Source: Perna viridis (taxonomy: Eukaryota). From it: a stretch of 64,000 nucleotides of DNA. The stretch spans positions 17,980,001 through 18,044,000 of the forward strand of contig CM074514.1 of NCBI GenBank assembly GCA_037379345.1, written 5' to 3'. Shown piece after piece: positions 50,901-64,000 of the stretch; the stretch's first letter is position 1; each line of letters opens with the position of its first letter. The notes beneath the pieces were generated by a model. The model did no database searches. It was not told where the DNA came from and saw nothing but the letters and a program-made list of their open reading frames with translations. The translations under genes and the position numbers were made by a program.

Positions 50901-53900
50901 TGGTTGATGTTGATACCATGATCATCAAAATGGAATTTTTTCATCGATTCCCAACTGTATCCACATATTAATGTGACTAGGAGAGTAGGTGGTATTGCAT
51001 TGGACAAATTGATGTCTTAGAGGTATTCTCATTATGAAAAAAAATATACATGTACATGTATTTCTCATTATACTTGCTGCCGCAGTTATCCACAGGCCAA
51101 TAAATGGATAAGAAATTCTTACTGAAACCATATACATGTATCTGCATGGGAATTGTAAATGTAGGGTGAATAAAGTATAGACCAAACAGTTATATGGTGA
51201 ACAAGATTCAGGATGAACAAATTCGAATTTGAGCATAATATCCCAAATGACAGATGTTGCCTTTCCTATCTTAGAAAAAACTATGCTTCAATCAGGAAAA
51301 CACAATTGGACCTATATTTTTTCCCAGGCAGGTAAGGTTCTTTAGCAGGGAATATTGAACAGTGGAGAAAAATATAATGTATGAACAACAAACTTCATTC
51401 ATTTCTTTTAATTAGAAAAAAAGGACTCCAGACTGTTAGTTATTTTTACTGAAACTAAATAAAATGCTCTCTGTTTCCTGTAACCTTGCCAACCCTATTT
51501 TTTCTCTGCAGACCCTAAATTTTTTTACGGTGTCAAAAAAACCCCAAAAAATATGATTTAGGCATTTCCGTCCTCTTTTTTTTTTTTACTAGAATCGCCT
51601 TGCTCTACGATGTAGAGGTTCAAAATCATTAAAAAAATGAAACAAAATGGTTGTGGCGATGACAAATTCAGTATTCAGGGGTGTCATAAGAGAGGCAGCA
51701 AAACAAGTACATGTAGGTTTTAATGTCCTGCAAATCTACCAACACTAATTTGGTTAAAAAAAAAACAATAAACTTTACCTACCGACACTAATTTTGAAGG
51801 AGATATTACCGAAAACCCAAAATTTGTTTAAGCCTTATCTGAACTTCTCTGTGGAATCACATGTCAATCATATTTGACATGCTTTTGTTGGAAGTGAGTG
51901 AAGTTTGATTAAAAAACCCACCATTTGCTTTTACATTTGTCACGTACATGTATGGTTGAAACTTCAAATTCTGGCATGGTAGCCTACAGCTTAAATTTTG
52001 GTAGCCAGTTTGTATAGTTCTTTACAATCATAAATTTTAGGGACCATACCCCATCATAGGCAAGTAAGCCTCTTCTAATTTCATTCTCTGAAACAATTTT
52101 AAGACTTAAAGCAACAGGCCTGAAAAGAAAAAAAAGATATGTGAAATTATGAACTAAGACAACAATCAAGGACACATACAACCTCTTAACTTATGTTGGG
52201 ATGAATGATTTCATACATGTGAATTTCTTACCAGACTGGGAGGGTCCAGTCTTCTGTTTTCAGAGGTCATGACCAATTCTCCTGTTAGGAAGACCAAACT
52301 CCTGTATTTAAAAAGAAATTCTGGTACACAAATGTATTGGTAAAAATTTAATCTTTTCTGTGTTCACATTTGACATTACACAACCCAGATAAATTAGAGT
52401 ATTTAGGGTGGTTTAAAAGTTTACATTTTTGAGAGCTTTTGAAATGTGTTTGATTTATATCACACTTGTAATGATGAGGATTATCAAAAAATCAGATGCT
52501 TGAGAAAGCCGACTGTGTCTATATAAATACTTGTCGCTACCTTTTGATGAAGAAAATACAGTGATTCAAGAACCTGCTCAAAGATCTGAACCGTCTTAAA
52601 TTTCAAAATTGCCTAGCTGAGTTTCAATTTTTACCCCAGTATGTAATTTTAAAACCTCCACAAGAAAAAGCCCTGAATCAAACTACATCACATTTGGGAT
52701 AAAGAATGTTCATAACTTTTTTGAAATCAATTTTTATTCAGAATAATCAAATTTTCATCAAAATTAAGTCATATACAAGTAAAATAAAAAAAGAACAAAG
52801 AACAAAATCCAACAAACCCTAACATGAAAGTCAGACTAAAATTCTCTTCTTTTATTGGTTTCATATTTCACATTTTCACTGCAAAAAATCTTACCTATTG
52901 AGGAATTAGAAACTCAAACTTTTGGTGAAAAGGTGGAAAACGATGAGAATTACAATCAAAACAGTAATTATTTCTACCTGTATTACCTACCGGGTAAGTG
53001 ACTCCCAAAGCCATAGGACTGTCAGACACTCCTGGTAAAAATTGAGTCAAGCTGGTGAAGATTTTGTGCCCTCTACACCATTTGTCTGATGAATATTTCT
53101 GTGGCATAATGGTCCATTATTTTTTTTATATCCAAGGCAACAAAGTTTAGGACTGGAGTATATAATGTTTTTTTTTTACCTGTCCATCATTACAGTCAAA
53201 CATAAGTTTTCCATACTTTTTTTCTGAACCCTTGCAGATTTTGAGCTGATTTTTTGGTAAATGAGTCTACCACCATCAGTTACAGATTAAGGTCATGTTT
53301 CATTCCACCTCACCGATTACTGAATTTTACTGACATCACTGCCCTTACAGAGGAATAACAGTTTTCCTCACTTTTTCCTGAACCAGAAAAAAATTAGTGC
53401 TGATAAGCAATTGATGTACAGTTGATATAAAGGATTAAAGAGTGAAAGAATATCAACCTTGAACCACTTCATGTGGCATTGCCACCATAACATATGAATG
53501 GAGATGCTGAGATATTATAGTTCATCCATGGTGATTGTAGTATTCATGATTTTGATTTGCCTCATTACCACCCAAAAAGACCGGCAAAAAAGCTGAACAG
53601 AGGATTGTGTCATACATGGACATACTCTGTGTTTATTGAAGGGACTTCTTGATATGTCCAAAGTGTGTCCTGTAACCTTTATGACAGTAAATGTGGGAAA
53701 TTATCTTGAATTAACAATGTCTCATGTTGGAGATTTTTATGTAAAAGCAAATTTTTTATGTCAAAATTTAATTATTTAGTATTTCTCATGGAAAATGTAG
53801 TAATTCCAACCATAAATTCCCCACAAATCTTTCATGTGGAAGATTCTAAATTTTCCATTGATTTTGTGCTAGTCTCCCCTCTGATGTGGGTGGGTTGACA

Positions 53901-56900
53901 GGTATGAGACATATTTCTTCTAGGTTTTGTTGTGTTTTTGACTGAAAATTCTGGGAAAATACATTCATGATTTTGTTTCATCCTAATGTAATTTATAAAA
54001 AATACAAGTAGTATGTATATTAAATAATTTTTTTTTACATTACAGGCCAGTAGTTTGTTGTCATTATGGGAGAAAGCCACACATTGATGTTGATTCTCTG
54101 CCTAAGCAGCCAAAGAGACCATTGAATGCATACCTTGACTTTTATGTATCTCATATGAAGGAATTAAGGGAGAATAACAAAGGTAACCATTTTATGGTTG
54201 TATTTTTTTGCTCCTGACTAAGGCTGTAATGTTGAAAATTTGGGCTTTCTTTTCTGTGTTATTTTACATTTTATTTTTATTTTATTTGTAAATGTATTTA
54301 TTTCCCTGTTATTTTCTAAATGTAGCAATTGGCCTGTCAAGTCTCATGCATTTTGAAGCTGAATTAGTGGCATTTTCCTTTGATCTATTGTTTTTTGACA
54401 TTTGATTTTTTAAACTGTTGCCAAATCTCACACATTGGTGTTTTTGTGTGATAATATGAATATTAGTTGTTAAATCTTTATCAAATTCTAGAACAAGGGA
54501 GGGTGGATAAGCCAACGCGGAAAAATGGGTCTGCCACTCGAAAATGGTAAATTTTGTCCATTTCTGGTAATTTTTTGCTACATGTGGGGTTCAACGGGAG
54601 CAAATCAGGAACCAAAGCACATTCATCCTACAGCCTATACACCTTGAAGGCTACTGAAGCCAAATTGTGTTACAAAGTGTTCCAATTTTTGGCCTCTGTA
54701 TGGTCTGAAACGGGAAGTATGCAATACAAGGGGCTGACGTACAAATGGTGTTGACAGAAATCATTCTTATTTAGTTTCCAGGCAAAATGAATACTACAGA
54801 TTAATTCTGCTCTGGCGAGTGTCTGAGAAATGAACCCTACCCTCCAAAAATATAATTGTTTTTTTTTTTTCAACAATGGAAACTGGTGACCTCTTCTTTT
54901 AGCTTTCAAGTCATTATTTTTTTTTAACATTCTATATCAAATAGCCTCATTTTAAAGCACAGTCAAGCTGTTTGCAGATGGACACAGCACAGATTACTCT
55001 TTCCTAAACTAAGATTAAGACTGGCCGAACCAATAAAGCAGAACCAGGTCCAATCTTGAACAGGTCCGGGGGTAGCATGACAAGGGTTAACTATATTACT
55101 CCAGTATATGGATGTCTATGATATTGCTTCAATTTATTCTATTCCAACAAGGGAAGACAGGCATTGATTTTGTGGGTTAGATTATTTTAGGAATTAGGGA
55201 CCAAAAAGGGGCAAGAGACAAACATTTTCCTTATGTCTGAACAGTAACTTGAGTAAAAGTGAAAAGATCTTGTATAAATGGAAATGGATTGAAAGAATAA
55301 ATTTCAAGGATAAAGACTAAACAGGGAAAATTGACACACACAACAAAGAACATGAAATTACCAAAGCAACAAACGTAACATACAAAGAAACACAAGTAAT
55401 TGAGCAACACGGACTCCACTAAAAACTTGTAGCAAGGACCAGGTGCACTGGTAAGGTAAGAATCCTCTGCTTCTCTAAAAACACCCACCAAGTTGCTCAT
55501 AAAATGTCAAGTCTTGGGTAGACAAAAGAGGAAAAGAAAACTGTGACACTGAAAAAATCAGTTCTCATGGTGCAGATAAATACACCATACAGTCTACAAG
55601 TTGATGATAAAGTTCATAAGACTTCTGTAGCTGTGACTTCAACATGATTGTAAGAATTCTAGCAGGGTAAACAGTCACAATAGTTAAGACAGGCTCTTGC
55701 ACAACATATGATTTGTGATATGAAACCCATAGACAGGTGCTGAAGGGATGTTGCTACAGATGAAAGGAAAGTTGACAATATGGATTGAGAAGTCATTGCA
55801 TTTGTTGTATAATTTTCCTTTTCCATTAATCTCCAAGTAGGTCAAGATACAAGCTGATTTCATAGTCTGCAGCATCCTTTTTCTCAAGTTCTTTGCACAA
55901 GTTTGGGATTGATTTTGGAAGTTTTCAAACTTTGACTGTAACTATTTAGGAATAAGGAGTAACAAAAAAGTGGCCACTAATTCTTGTTAAATTCTAATCA
56001 GTTGCCAAATTTCCGACTGTTATCAAAGTTCAATGCTATATCAAGTTTGATTGGCGTATCCATACTTGCTCTGACTTTTCAGGGTTTGATCTTTGCTCTA
56101 TATAAAGCTGCACCCAGCAAAGCATTTTATGTTTGTTTAAAAAGTGGAATTAGCTGTTAAAGTTTACATTAGATGTACATATTCATGTACGTACATGTAA
56201 AAGTCCACTTACACTTCAATTTATTAACTTAAAAACCCTGGCATTGACTGAAACATCCAAGTTTATCTTTTAATGTATTTAGCAGTGCCTTTAAATATTG
56301 TGTTGTCTTAATTTCCATGGGAAAGAAGTACATTATCAGGCCTTTCATTAAGAGGTGGTGCCAGGTACTTTTACCCTCCTAAACTACTGAAAGGTACACT
56401 GTACGTCCAGAATTTTAAAATTTCATACATTTTTATTAAACTAAAAGTACCTCCTACAAAACCAAACGTACTTGTGTTGCAAAAAAATAATGAAACCTCT
56501 TATTATTCTATGATCATGAACATGTGACTTTATATCTCTTGTCTTATTTCTGTTAAGGTGTTGACAGACACAAAATGTGGAAGATAGAGAGGTATTGTAT
56601 TTATTTCAGCACTAAATACCAGTTTGATTTTTGCATTTTAGATGTCAAATTATCAGATCTTGTCAAGATATGCAGTAAAAATTGGAATTCACTTGATGAA
56701 GATACAAAAAAGGTACATAAGTAAAGATGCCTAATCTACCCTCATTAATTTTACAATGACTCCTATGTGGCAAAATTAAACTTTCAGACACTTCATTTTG
56801 TGCATTAGCTTGAATGATGCATCATTAATTGTGCATCTGAATGAAGTTTCTTATACACATAACAAAAGAAAAAGGTTGGGATTACTTTAAGGGTTATAAC

Positions 56901-59900
56901 CACAACAGATAAGATTTAACTGGCCAAAAGGGTGGAATATATTAATTTTATATACATGTGTTACTTAAAATTTAGAATAATATTGTTTGTTGTCAATTTA
57001 ATGAGGATTTGTTTTGAAATTTCTAGTAATGATTTGACTTATAATTAAATGTAAGTAGTTTTCTGCAAGTTGTCTTGTTTAGCACAAGAGGCTGCTTTGG
57101 GAGGTGGGCGGTCATTTTGGCCAAGGATATTTCAGTTCAGGGCTTTTGGACTTAGGATGTTTCAGCCTAGGATATTTCCTAAGGACGTTTTGGCTGAAAA
57201 TATAAAATTTTAGTACTATTTGCTATTCTTTGCAGATAAAGTTTATTCAGTATTTAATGAATTAAGGTATTAAACAAAGCAATTTTATTAGTCACTTAAT
57301 AATTATAATATGAAAATCATTTTTTTTTGAACTTTAAAAAAAAAAAATATTCATATTTTCAATATTATCATTCTTAGTGTCAAAACTTAATTGAACATAT
57401 GAATATTTTTAAGTTTATAAAGAAATGATTTAATTTGATTTTCTTTTTAGGAAAAGTACTAGATAATGAATGAGTTATAAATGATTTAAGGAGGTAGACC
57501 TAGGGTTAGGGACATAACTCATGAAATCATTGATATGTTTGCATCATATTCAATTTCACCAAAGCCTCTCAAGCTTTCATTTGAAGCAGAATAAAATGAA
57601 TCCAAGTTGAGTAGATGCTTAAATAAGATTGATGTAAAATGCTGAATACAAACGTTACAATGATTTTTAAGATTTGTGTCCCTTACCTTAGGTCTGCCTC
57701 CTTAAATTATTGAGTAGTTACTGTGCATGTATACTATCATGTTAGGACAGTACCTATTATTACGCATAATTGTCAAATATTCAAACAATCCATCAACCAA
57801 GGTTCTGGAAACATTAAAAAACTCTGGTTATAGGCTGACAAATTTTGCTAATTACCGACAACCATTTTCCAATATGGGACATAAAAATTGTCAAGCCTTA
57901 TAAATTACAGTCTACATGGTTAAATTAGTGTCTAAACATCCTGTCTACCTGTCTCCTAATTGTTTATTGTACACTTGCTACAAGTTTCTCTGTAATATAT
58001 ATTTTATTTGATTAAATATCATTTTTATCAAATATTCATTCACTATCCAGCTGCTGTATAAAATATATATTACAGAGAGACTTGTAGCAAGTCTATGTTT
58101 ATTGGTTTGTGTCAATATTAGGCGATGTGCAACTACCTGTGACTGCGACTGTGATTTACCTGTAACTGATTAGTTGATTGCATAATAAAATTAACAGTAT
58201 TTTTGCAGCATCATTCTGTATATGAATGAATTGAAATGACTTGGAGACTTTTCATACATTTATTACTACACCTTGATTTTTAAAATTAAGAAAAAATATT
58301 TACAAAAATTTAATGCACTCCATCATTTTCCCACTGATCTTTCAGTGGCAACGAAAGCATGTGGTGCTGAAACTACTAATCAGTTTGAGTTTGTAATTAT
58401 AAATTTATTGTTTGAATCCTTTTATTTCAGAAGTCAACAACCCATTTAATCAATATACAAAAAGTATTTGCGATTTTCTTTTATTCATCAACATTTTTCC
58501 TAACCTGGCAGCCCAGCGAACACATTTTGTATATTGATTTAAATGGTCTGTTGACTGCTGTGTTAAAATGATTAAAATTAGGAGACTGGTAGACAGGATG
58601 TTTATACACTAATAAAACCATGCAGACTGTAATTTATAAGGGTTGACAATTTTTTTTTATATCTGATATTGGAAAATTGTTGTCAGTCATTTGCAAAATT
58701 TGTTGGTCAATGACCGGCATTTTTTACCGTTTCCAGATCCATGATATAACCCCTTGTCATCTTCTGTCCTTTGATTTGCTGAGCAGATAAGACGTTATTT
58801 TATTCATTTTTATACATTCTAATATTCAAATTTAAAAAAAATTGGCGATCCTAAGGTTGCATTTGATATTAACCAGGGAACCAGATTACATTTTTCATCA
58901 CTCGCAACTTCTTAGCTGTTTGCCGATGTGATGAAAAAGTCCAAGAGATATGAAGTTTTGTTTAAATTGAAGAACGTCCACGTGTGTGGTCGAAACTGAC
59001 CTTGCTCACTCGTTCAGATATTTTGTAATAGACATAGTATGTGATGAAATAACAGAATGCCAATATTTATCTTTGAATAATATAAAAAAAGTTTTTTTTT
59101 CTCCATCTGAGCATGTAAAGGACCGACACAGTATTTCGTCTGTTGAAGTTTGATAAAATGTCCGACATGGGCTGTCAAAATTACCGGAACCTTGGCATCA
59201 ACCCTGGCTATTAATTTATGTTACATGCAATTAGCTGGATTAGTTTGTTATGCACATTCATACACAAATCTCATGAAGTATATAAGTCATTACAGACAAC
59301 CTTCAATTATACAACTAACCAAATTTTATATGATAGTGCCATGGAAGTTCTAACCAGAAATTGTGGAGGGCAAGAGTCCTGTTTTGAGGGTTTTCATGTA
59401 CTCAAAGGAAGGTGAAACAAAACAAAAATAATTAAGTCAAATAATTACAACTCTTTTGGAAATAATAAACAAATAAGTTCCGAAATACAACATAAAAAAC
59501 TGCTGTTTTTCAATTAAAAAGACATTTTTTTTAAAAATTAAATGGTGGTAACCACTTAAGAAAGTAGACCTAGGGTAAGGCACATAACTCTTTCAAATCA
59601 TTGTAATGTTTGTGTAAAGCATTTTACATCAATCTCCTCTAAGCATCAAAGTAACTTGGATTGATTTCATTCTATTTCAAATGAAAATTTTATAAGCTTT
59701 GGTGAAATTGATTATGATGTAAACATATCACTGATTTCAAGAGTTATGTCCTTTAACCCTGGTTTACCTCCTTAATAACTTTCTACTTTCTAATTGAACT
59801 GTTACATGGGAAATAAATATACCTTGGCCGAAACATCCACATTTCAAAATAGCCTTGTTGAAATGTCGAAGGCCAAAATGTCCTTGCCGGAAATTCCCCA

Positions 59901-62900
59901 GTCCAAACCTCCTACATTCCCTTTTGGACCAACATAATTCTGAACTGTTAGTTATAGAACTAGAAAGGAAAGTGGAACAAAAATCTCCCAATTTCTATAA
60001 TGAAGCTTTACACTATGTTCAATTATGAAAATCTCTTAATTTGGAGTTTAATTAAATATTTTTCATGCTTTACAAGTTTCTATGGAAAACATAACAATAT
60101 TGTAGGTGTAAAGTCAATTTTCAAGTTTGGCATGACTGCATTAATTTTAAAATGGAAAGCACCTTTATTGCCAGAATGAAGACACTGGAATATTATTTTT
60201 AAAAGCAGCATATCATTGAATTAATACAGATGGCCTATTTCATCATGTTGTAAGATTCATGTAGAATAGATTACTTGATAATGTATATTGTAATTTCAGG
60301 AATATGAAGAAAGAAGCAAAGCTAGATGGGAGGAATACAGACAAGAGATGGAAAGGTTTAAAGAAAGTTTGACTGTAGAGGAAGTGATACTGTTAAAGGA
60401 AGCAAAAAAACAAAAAACACAAAAGAAAAAGAGAAAGAAGGAGAAGAAAGTAAATAAAATTACCTGTTACATTGAATGTTCATATTCTAATGGGTAGTTT
60501 GATGTTTACTACATTTTATGGTTGTTTTGGACATGTATCAAGTTGAAGGAATATTTAATTGCCATTGTGATGTCCTTTACATGTACATGTAGGGGGTCTG
60601 AAACATGAATGGCTTAAAATTATTTGGTCTGAAATGACATAAGTAATTAGGGAGTGATTGTTTGAACTTTTACAAGGATGAGTGTTGATTTCAGTCTATG
60701 AAATCTTGGCATATTCCTGCAGGGTTAGACATCACCTGTATAATACTTTATCTGTGCATACAAACAGCTCCGTTCCTCATAGGCAAAGCTTAAAATCATA
60801 TCATTACATAGCCGGACAACACATGTAGTTTCATGTTGATTTTATTTTTGGCAGGACCATGTAGTTTCAGCCTAGAGGCGTATTTTAATGTATAATACAC
60901 ACATTCCAAAAGTTGTTGATCAAGTCCACCAACTTTCAATTTATCTTTTCTTTTGGATTTAAGAAAATAAATTAAAAAAAAAACAACTTAATCCTTCTAA
61001 AGGTTAGTGATGCCGACATGACTAAGGGGGTTAAGGGTAAGTTTTCCTTGCCTTTTGTTATCCAACTAACTTTACTCCTTGGCCAACATGACTAACCCCT
61101 TAGTTACAGTTAGTTTAACAAATTTTTTTTTGTCATTTTCTAAATTCCAAAATAATTTCAAATTAGAATAATACCTTGTTTTTTTTTAATGTCAAAAATT
61201 TTATAATGCTCAGTAAGACTGGTGTTTGGTTCATTGATGCTTCAACATGAAAGAATGTCTGTAGTATGTTGACATTAAGAACACTCCTTTCACCATATGT
61301 AGTCTGGTAAAAATATTTTCTTAGTACACACATCTGTTGAAAGAAGACTTACAAATCTGTGCTATCCTCTTTTCGTCTCTCTACCAAAGACGATGGTTGT
61401 GATTTAACCATCTATGTACTGGATTCCTTAACTCCACAAGAATCCATACAATCAACGCTACATAGTTGGATCTGCAACTTTTATACTCACAGCTGTCAAA
61501 GAGGGTCTCCAGTCCTACCACAACACTTGTTACTCCCATAGTAGTATTAATTCAATGTGGATTCTGAAAAAATACAGAAAATTTTCTGGAAACCCTCAAT
61601 TCAAAATTATTATCAGAATACAATAGCATTAAAACAAATGATTTTTCAACTCTTTATACTTCGATTCCCATACTCAGTTAAAATCCCCAGCCAAAATCAT
61701 TGTTACTTAAGAAAAGAAGATAAATCTAAATACAAACATGTAGTTCTTGGTAGGGATTCCTCGTACTTCGGAAAAAATAATTCCAAATCAACATCCAAAT
61801 ATATCGAAAAAGATATTTTCAAAATGCTGGAAATTTTTTATCAACAAAATATTTGTCCAGTGTGGTGGACACGGTTTTTACCAAACGGTTGGCATTCCAG
61901 TGGGAACTAATATTTGCTGACCTATTTATCATTCTTATGAGGCTGACTTAATAGCTGATCTGATCTAAAAGAAAGAACATCATTTAGCTAGATTCTTTAA
62001 TCTCAGTTTCTGCTATGAAGATGACGTATTATTGTTAAACAATACTAATTTCGGGATTTGACACATCGCTTCTACCCCAAAGAACTTGAGGTAAAGGGTA
62101 CTACAGACACTGTGAAGTCAGCCTCATCTGGACCTACACTTAGAGATTGATGGTAAAGGAAAACTATTGTTCAAACTATATGACGAATGCAATGACTTTT
62201 CATTCCATATTGTCAACTTTCCTTTCATGTGTGGCAATATCCCTTCAGTACCTGCGTATGGAGTTCTCATATCACAACTCATTTGCTATGTCAGAGCTTG
62301 CAGTAACTACGCAAACTTTTTGTATCACGCTAGACTTCTTACAACTAGGCTTCTGGAACAGGGTTATGTTGGTATAAGATTAAAGTCATCACTACAGAAG
62401 TCATTATGAACTCGTGGATCGTTATGGTGTATCCGTCTGCACCATGAAAACTGATTTGATAAACATGCCATAGTTTTCGTTTCCTCTTTTGACTATCTAG
62501 GACTTATTTTTTTATGAGCAACTCAGCAGGTATTTCTAGAAAGTAGAAAACGCTTACCCTACCAGTGCACCTGGTCCATGCTCCCAGTTTTTAGCGAAGT
62601 CTGATTTGCTCATTTACTTTTGTTACTTTGTATGTATTATTTTAGTTATTTTATGTTCTTTGTTGTGTTTGTCTGTTTTCCATGTCTGGTCTTAGTAACC
62701 ACCTGTATTTAGCAATAACCTACTGGGTCTCTTAATATACTATGATTTAATTATCTCTGTCATATGTAATGCATCTTTTTAATAAGTAACCTGTAAATAA
62801 AGACCATCTGTGTTATGTGACTGTGTTTTGCTGTCTGTTGAAAGATCACTTGAAACAGGTATATAAAGGAACTTCATTTAGAACCTTATATCAGTTGTAT

Positions 62901-63234
62901 GGCACCTCCATCTTTCAAAAGGTGATCTATTTTTGTCCTCTTGTAAGACTTTGCCGGAATTTAAGACCAAAATGGGTAATAATCCATATTTATTAAATCT
63001 AACATTTATTGGATGCAAAAAAAACTTTCAAGATTATTGACATTGTAACTACTGGTAATTTATTATCTATTAATAAACGATTTATCTTTTCTTTACATGA
63101 TAGATTAAATACTAATTCATTTGTCTCTTTTACAGATCAGGAAAGCATTTGGAATTCCCAAGAGACCAATGACACCCTACATTTTCTTTGTCAATAGCAA
63201 AATGCCAAACTCAAACAAAGATACAAGTGCAAAG
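47834..63234 (+). CDS. TFAM: Transcription factor A, mitochondrial (two HMG boxes), 3' end beyond the window
   Basis: Exons 47834-47922 (aaaATGGCG; basic, acid-free transit-like peptide MAQIATCVTKTGGLAKVVLQKFRCSNYNIR), 54046-54182 (LPKQPKRPLNAYLDF), 56642-56712 (LVKICSKNWNSLDEDTKK), 60300-60449 (EYEERSK...FKESLT plus basic linker), 63136-63234 (GIPKRPMTPYIFF, start of HMG box B). Phases are consistent. Confidence 0.88.
48160..49246. mobile_element. Non-autonomous DNA transposon with inverted arrays of subterminal repeats
   Basis: Left array of gtcaaatcggcacc-like units (48165-48285) and right array of ggtgccgatttgac-like units (49145-49246). Confidence 0.6.
49391..50683. mobile_element. Long-TIR MITE whose right TIR is interrupted by a second element (50212-50657)
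   Basis: ctaaaatgtgtaacctttaccaacttttccctgtacccaaata versus tatttgggtacagggaaaggttggta[insertion]ttacacattttag. Confidence 0.6.
54046..54182 (+). CDS. TFAM: TFAM exon 2 (start of HMG box A)
   Basis: ttacag/gtaacc, PKRPLNAY. Confidence 0.9.
55292..55895 (-). mobile_element. Penelope-like retroelement 3' portion, copy D (diverged, internally deleted)
   Basis: LEINGKGKLYNKCNDFSIHIVNFPFICSNIPSAPVYG plus the shared tail. Confidence 0.8.
56642..56712 (+). CDS. TFAM: TFAM exon 3
   Basis: ttttag/gtacat, HMG helix 2 with conserved Trp. Confidence 0.87.
57490..57701. mobile_element. TTAA-type MITE, copy 3
   Basis: ttaa-ggaggtagacctagggttaggg...cccttaccttaggtctgcctcc-ttaa. Confidence 0.87.
57798..58743. 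mobile_element. Foldback/MITE element with ~165-bp imperfect TIRs
   Basis: 57798-57962 is the reverse complement of 58576-58743 (e.g. aacatcctgtctacctgtctcctaatt / aattaggagactggtagacaggatgtt). Confidence 0.8.
59560..59771. mobile_element. TTAA-type MITE, copy 4 (reverse orientation)
   Basis: ttaa-gaaagtagacctagggtaagg...ccctggtttacctcc-ttaa. Confidence 0.83.
60300..60449 (+). CDS. TFAM: TFAM exon 4
   Basis: tttcag/gtaaat, HMG helix 3 and Lys-rich linker. Confidence 0.88.
61210..62693 (+). mobile_element. Degenerate Penelope-like retroelement, copy E (frameshifted reverse transcriptase and 3' UTR)
   Basis: Fragments MYWIP*LHKNPYNQRYI, MWILK, DFSTLYTSIP (motif A), GIPVGTN (motif B), CYEDDVL (motif C, about 62014) and LYDECNDFSFHIVNFPF..NIPSVPAYGVLISQL..Y.RAC (PLE-type C-terminal region); multiple stops and frameshifts. 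Confidence 0.85.
63136..63234 (+). CDS. TFAM: TFAM exon 5 (start of HMG box B)
   Basis: ttacag/gtgaat, PKRPMTPYIFF. Confidence 0.87.
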
Positions 63235-64000
63235 GTGAATATTTCCATGTTTCTTATTGGTTGTTATAAATACTTGTGCAGCTGATATTTTTAAAACTAA
63301 TAAGTTTTTTTGTATAGATATTGTTGCATCTTTTCTCAGAAATTTAAGAAATTCCAAATTAGTAAAATTAGTAAAATTATTAATTTTATATGTTTACTGA
63401 ATGAGATCTTGGTCAATTTGTATATCTACACACCTGTTAAACCTCAGAGAGGGATTGGGGAGATTTTACATGACAAACTTTTTTCGCACTTAAACTATAA
63501 TATTAAAAAAAAATCCTGATTAAATATCTGTTTATTGTTCTTGCTATGCAACATTCATATTAAACCTTGCTGAATTTAAAATCTTACAACTTGTCTAATG
63601 AATAAAACATGTTAATACTTGTAGCACAAAAAAAACCACATAAGTTGTCATTGTTCTGAGTCTGACCTCATGGCTGTCTGATTTCCCACATTGACCCAGA
63701 ATGTTTCTGACAGTTCAGCATGTCAAAGATGAAGGTCCTCATAGATTATTCCACATTTTCCTCTTCAAAGAAAAGTTTCTGTTTTTACCTGCATCACCCA
63801 TAGTAAAAGCATGTCTAGTTAGTCACTCGAATGTCAGTTGGGTGATCTATTACTCTTAGGGGTACTTACTTTGTGTGATCTGTAGTTCAAAAAGGTTTAA
63901 AGCAATATTATTCAAATTTTGCACAGTGATTATATGCACATTAAAAATGTGTACATCCTGTTATAGAGAAATTTGTTCTGTTCTGTCCTACATTTTTAGC

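Noticed and set aside
62440-62480. ATGA-initiated hairpin as a possible SECIS element of the Penelope-like element
   Set aside because: It overlaps the RT stop codon region and lacks the 3' GA needed for the SECIS non-Watson-Crick quartet.

Overview
AT-rich, intron-rich animal genomic DNA. The repeat families suggest a bivalve mollusc (Mytilus-like); this is an inference. Three spliced genes could be reconstructed by eye with consistent GT-AG splice sites and reading-frame phases. (1) MAD1/MAD1L1 spindle-checkpoint protein: + strand, 16 coding exons, 4347-22766, 720 aa. (2) Carboxypeptidase E-like M14B metallocarboxypeptidase: - strand, 9 exons, 46581-26206, 484 aa, convergent with MAD1. (3) TFAM: + strand, 5 exons seen from 47834, continuing past the window, head-to-head with CPE about 1.25 kb away. 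The introns contain five 5'-truncated copies of one Penelope-like RT retroelement, several MITE families (TTAA-, 8-bp- and 6-bp-TSD types), hAT and MULE transposase remnants, a near-identical 471-bp direct repeat pair and several minisatellites. I found no clear-cut new multi-gene system. The best leads are a conserved structured 3' RNA element of the Penelope-like family, an RLK-to-RLM change in the MAD1 Bub1-binding motif, a possible alternative CPE tail exon and the CRE-containing CPE/TFAM bidirectional promoter.
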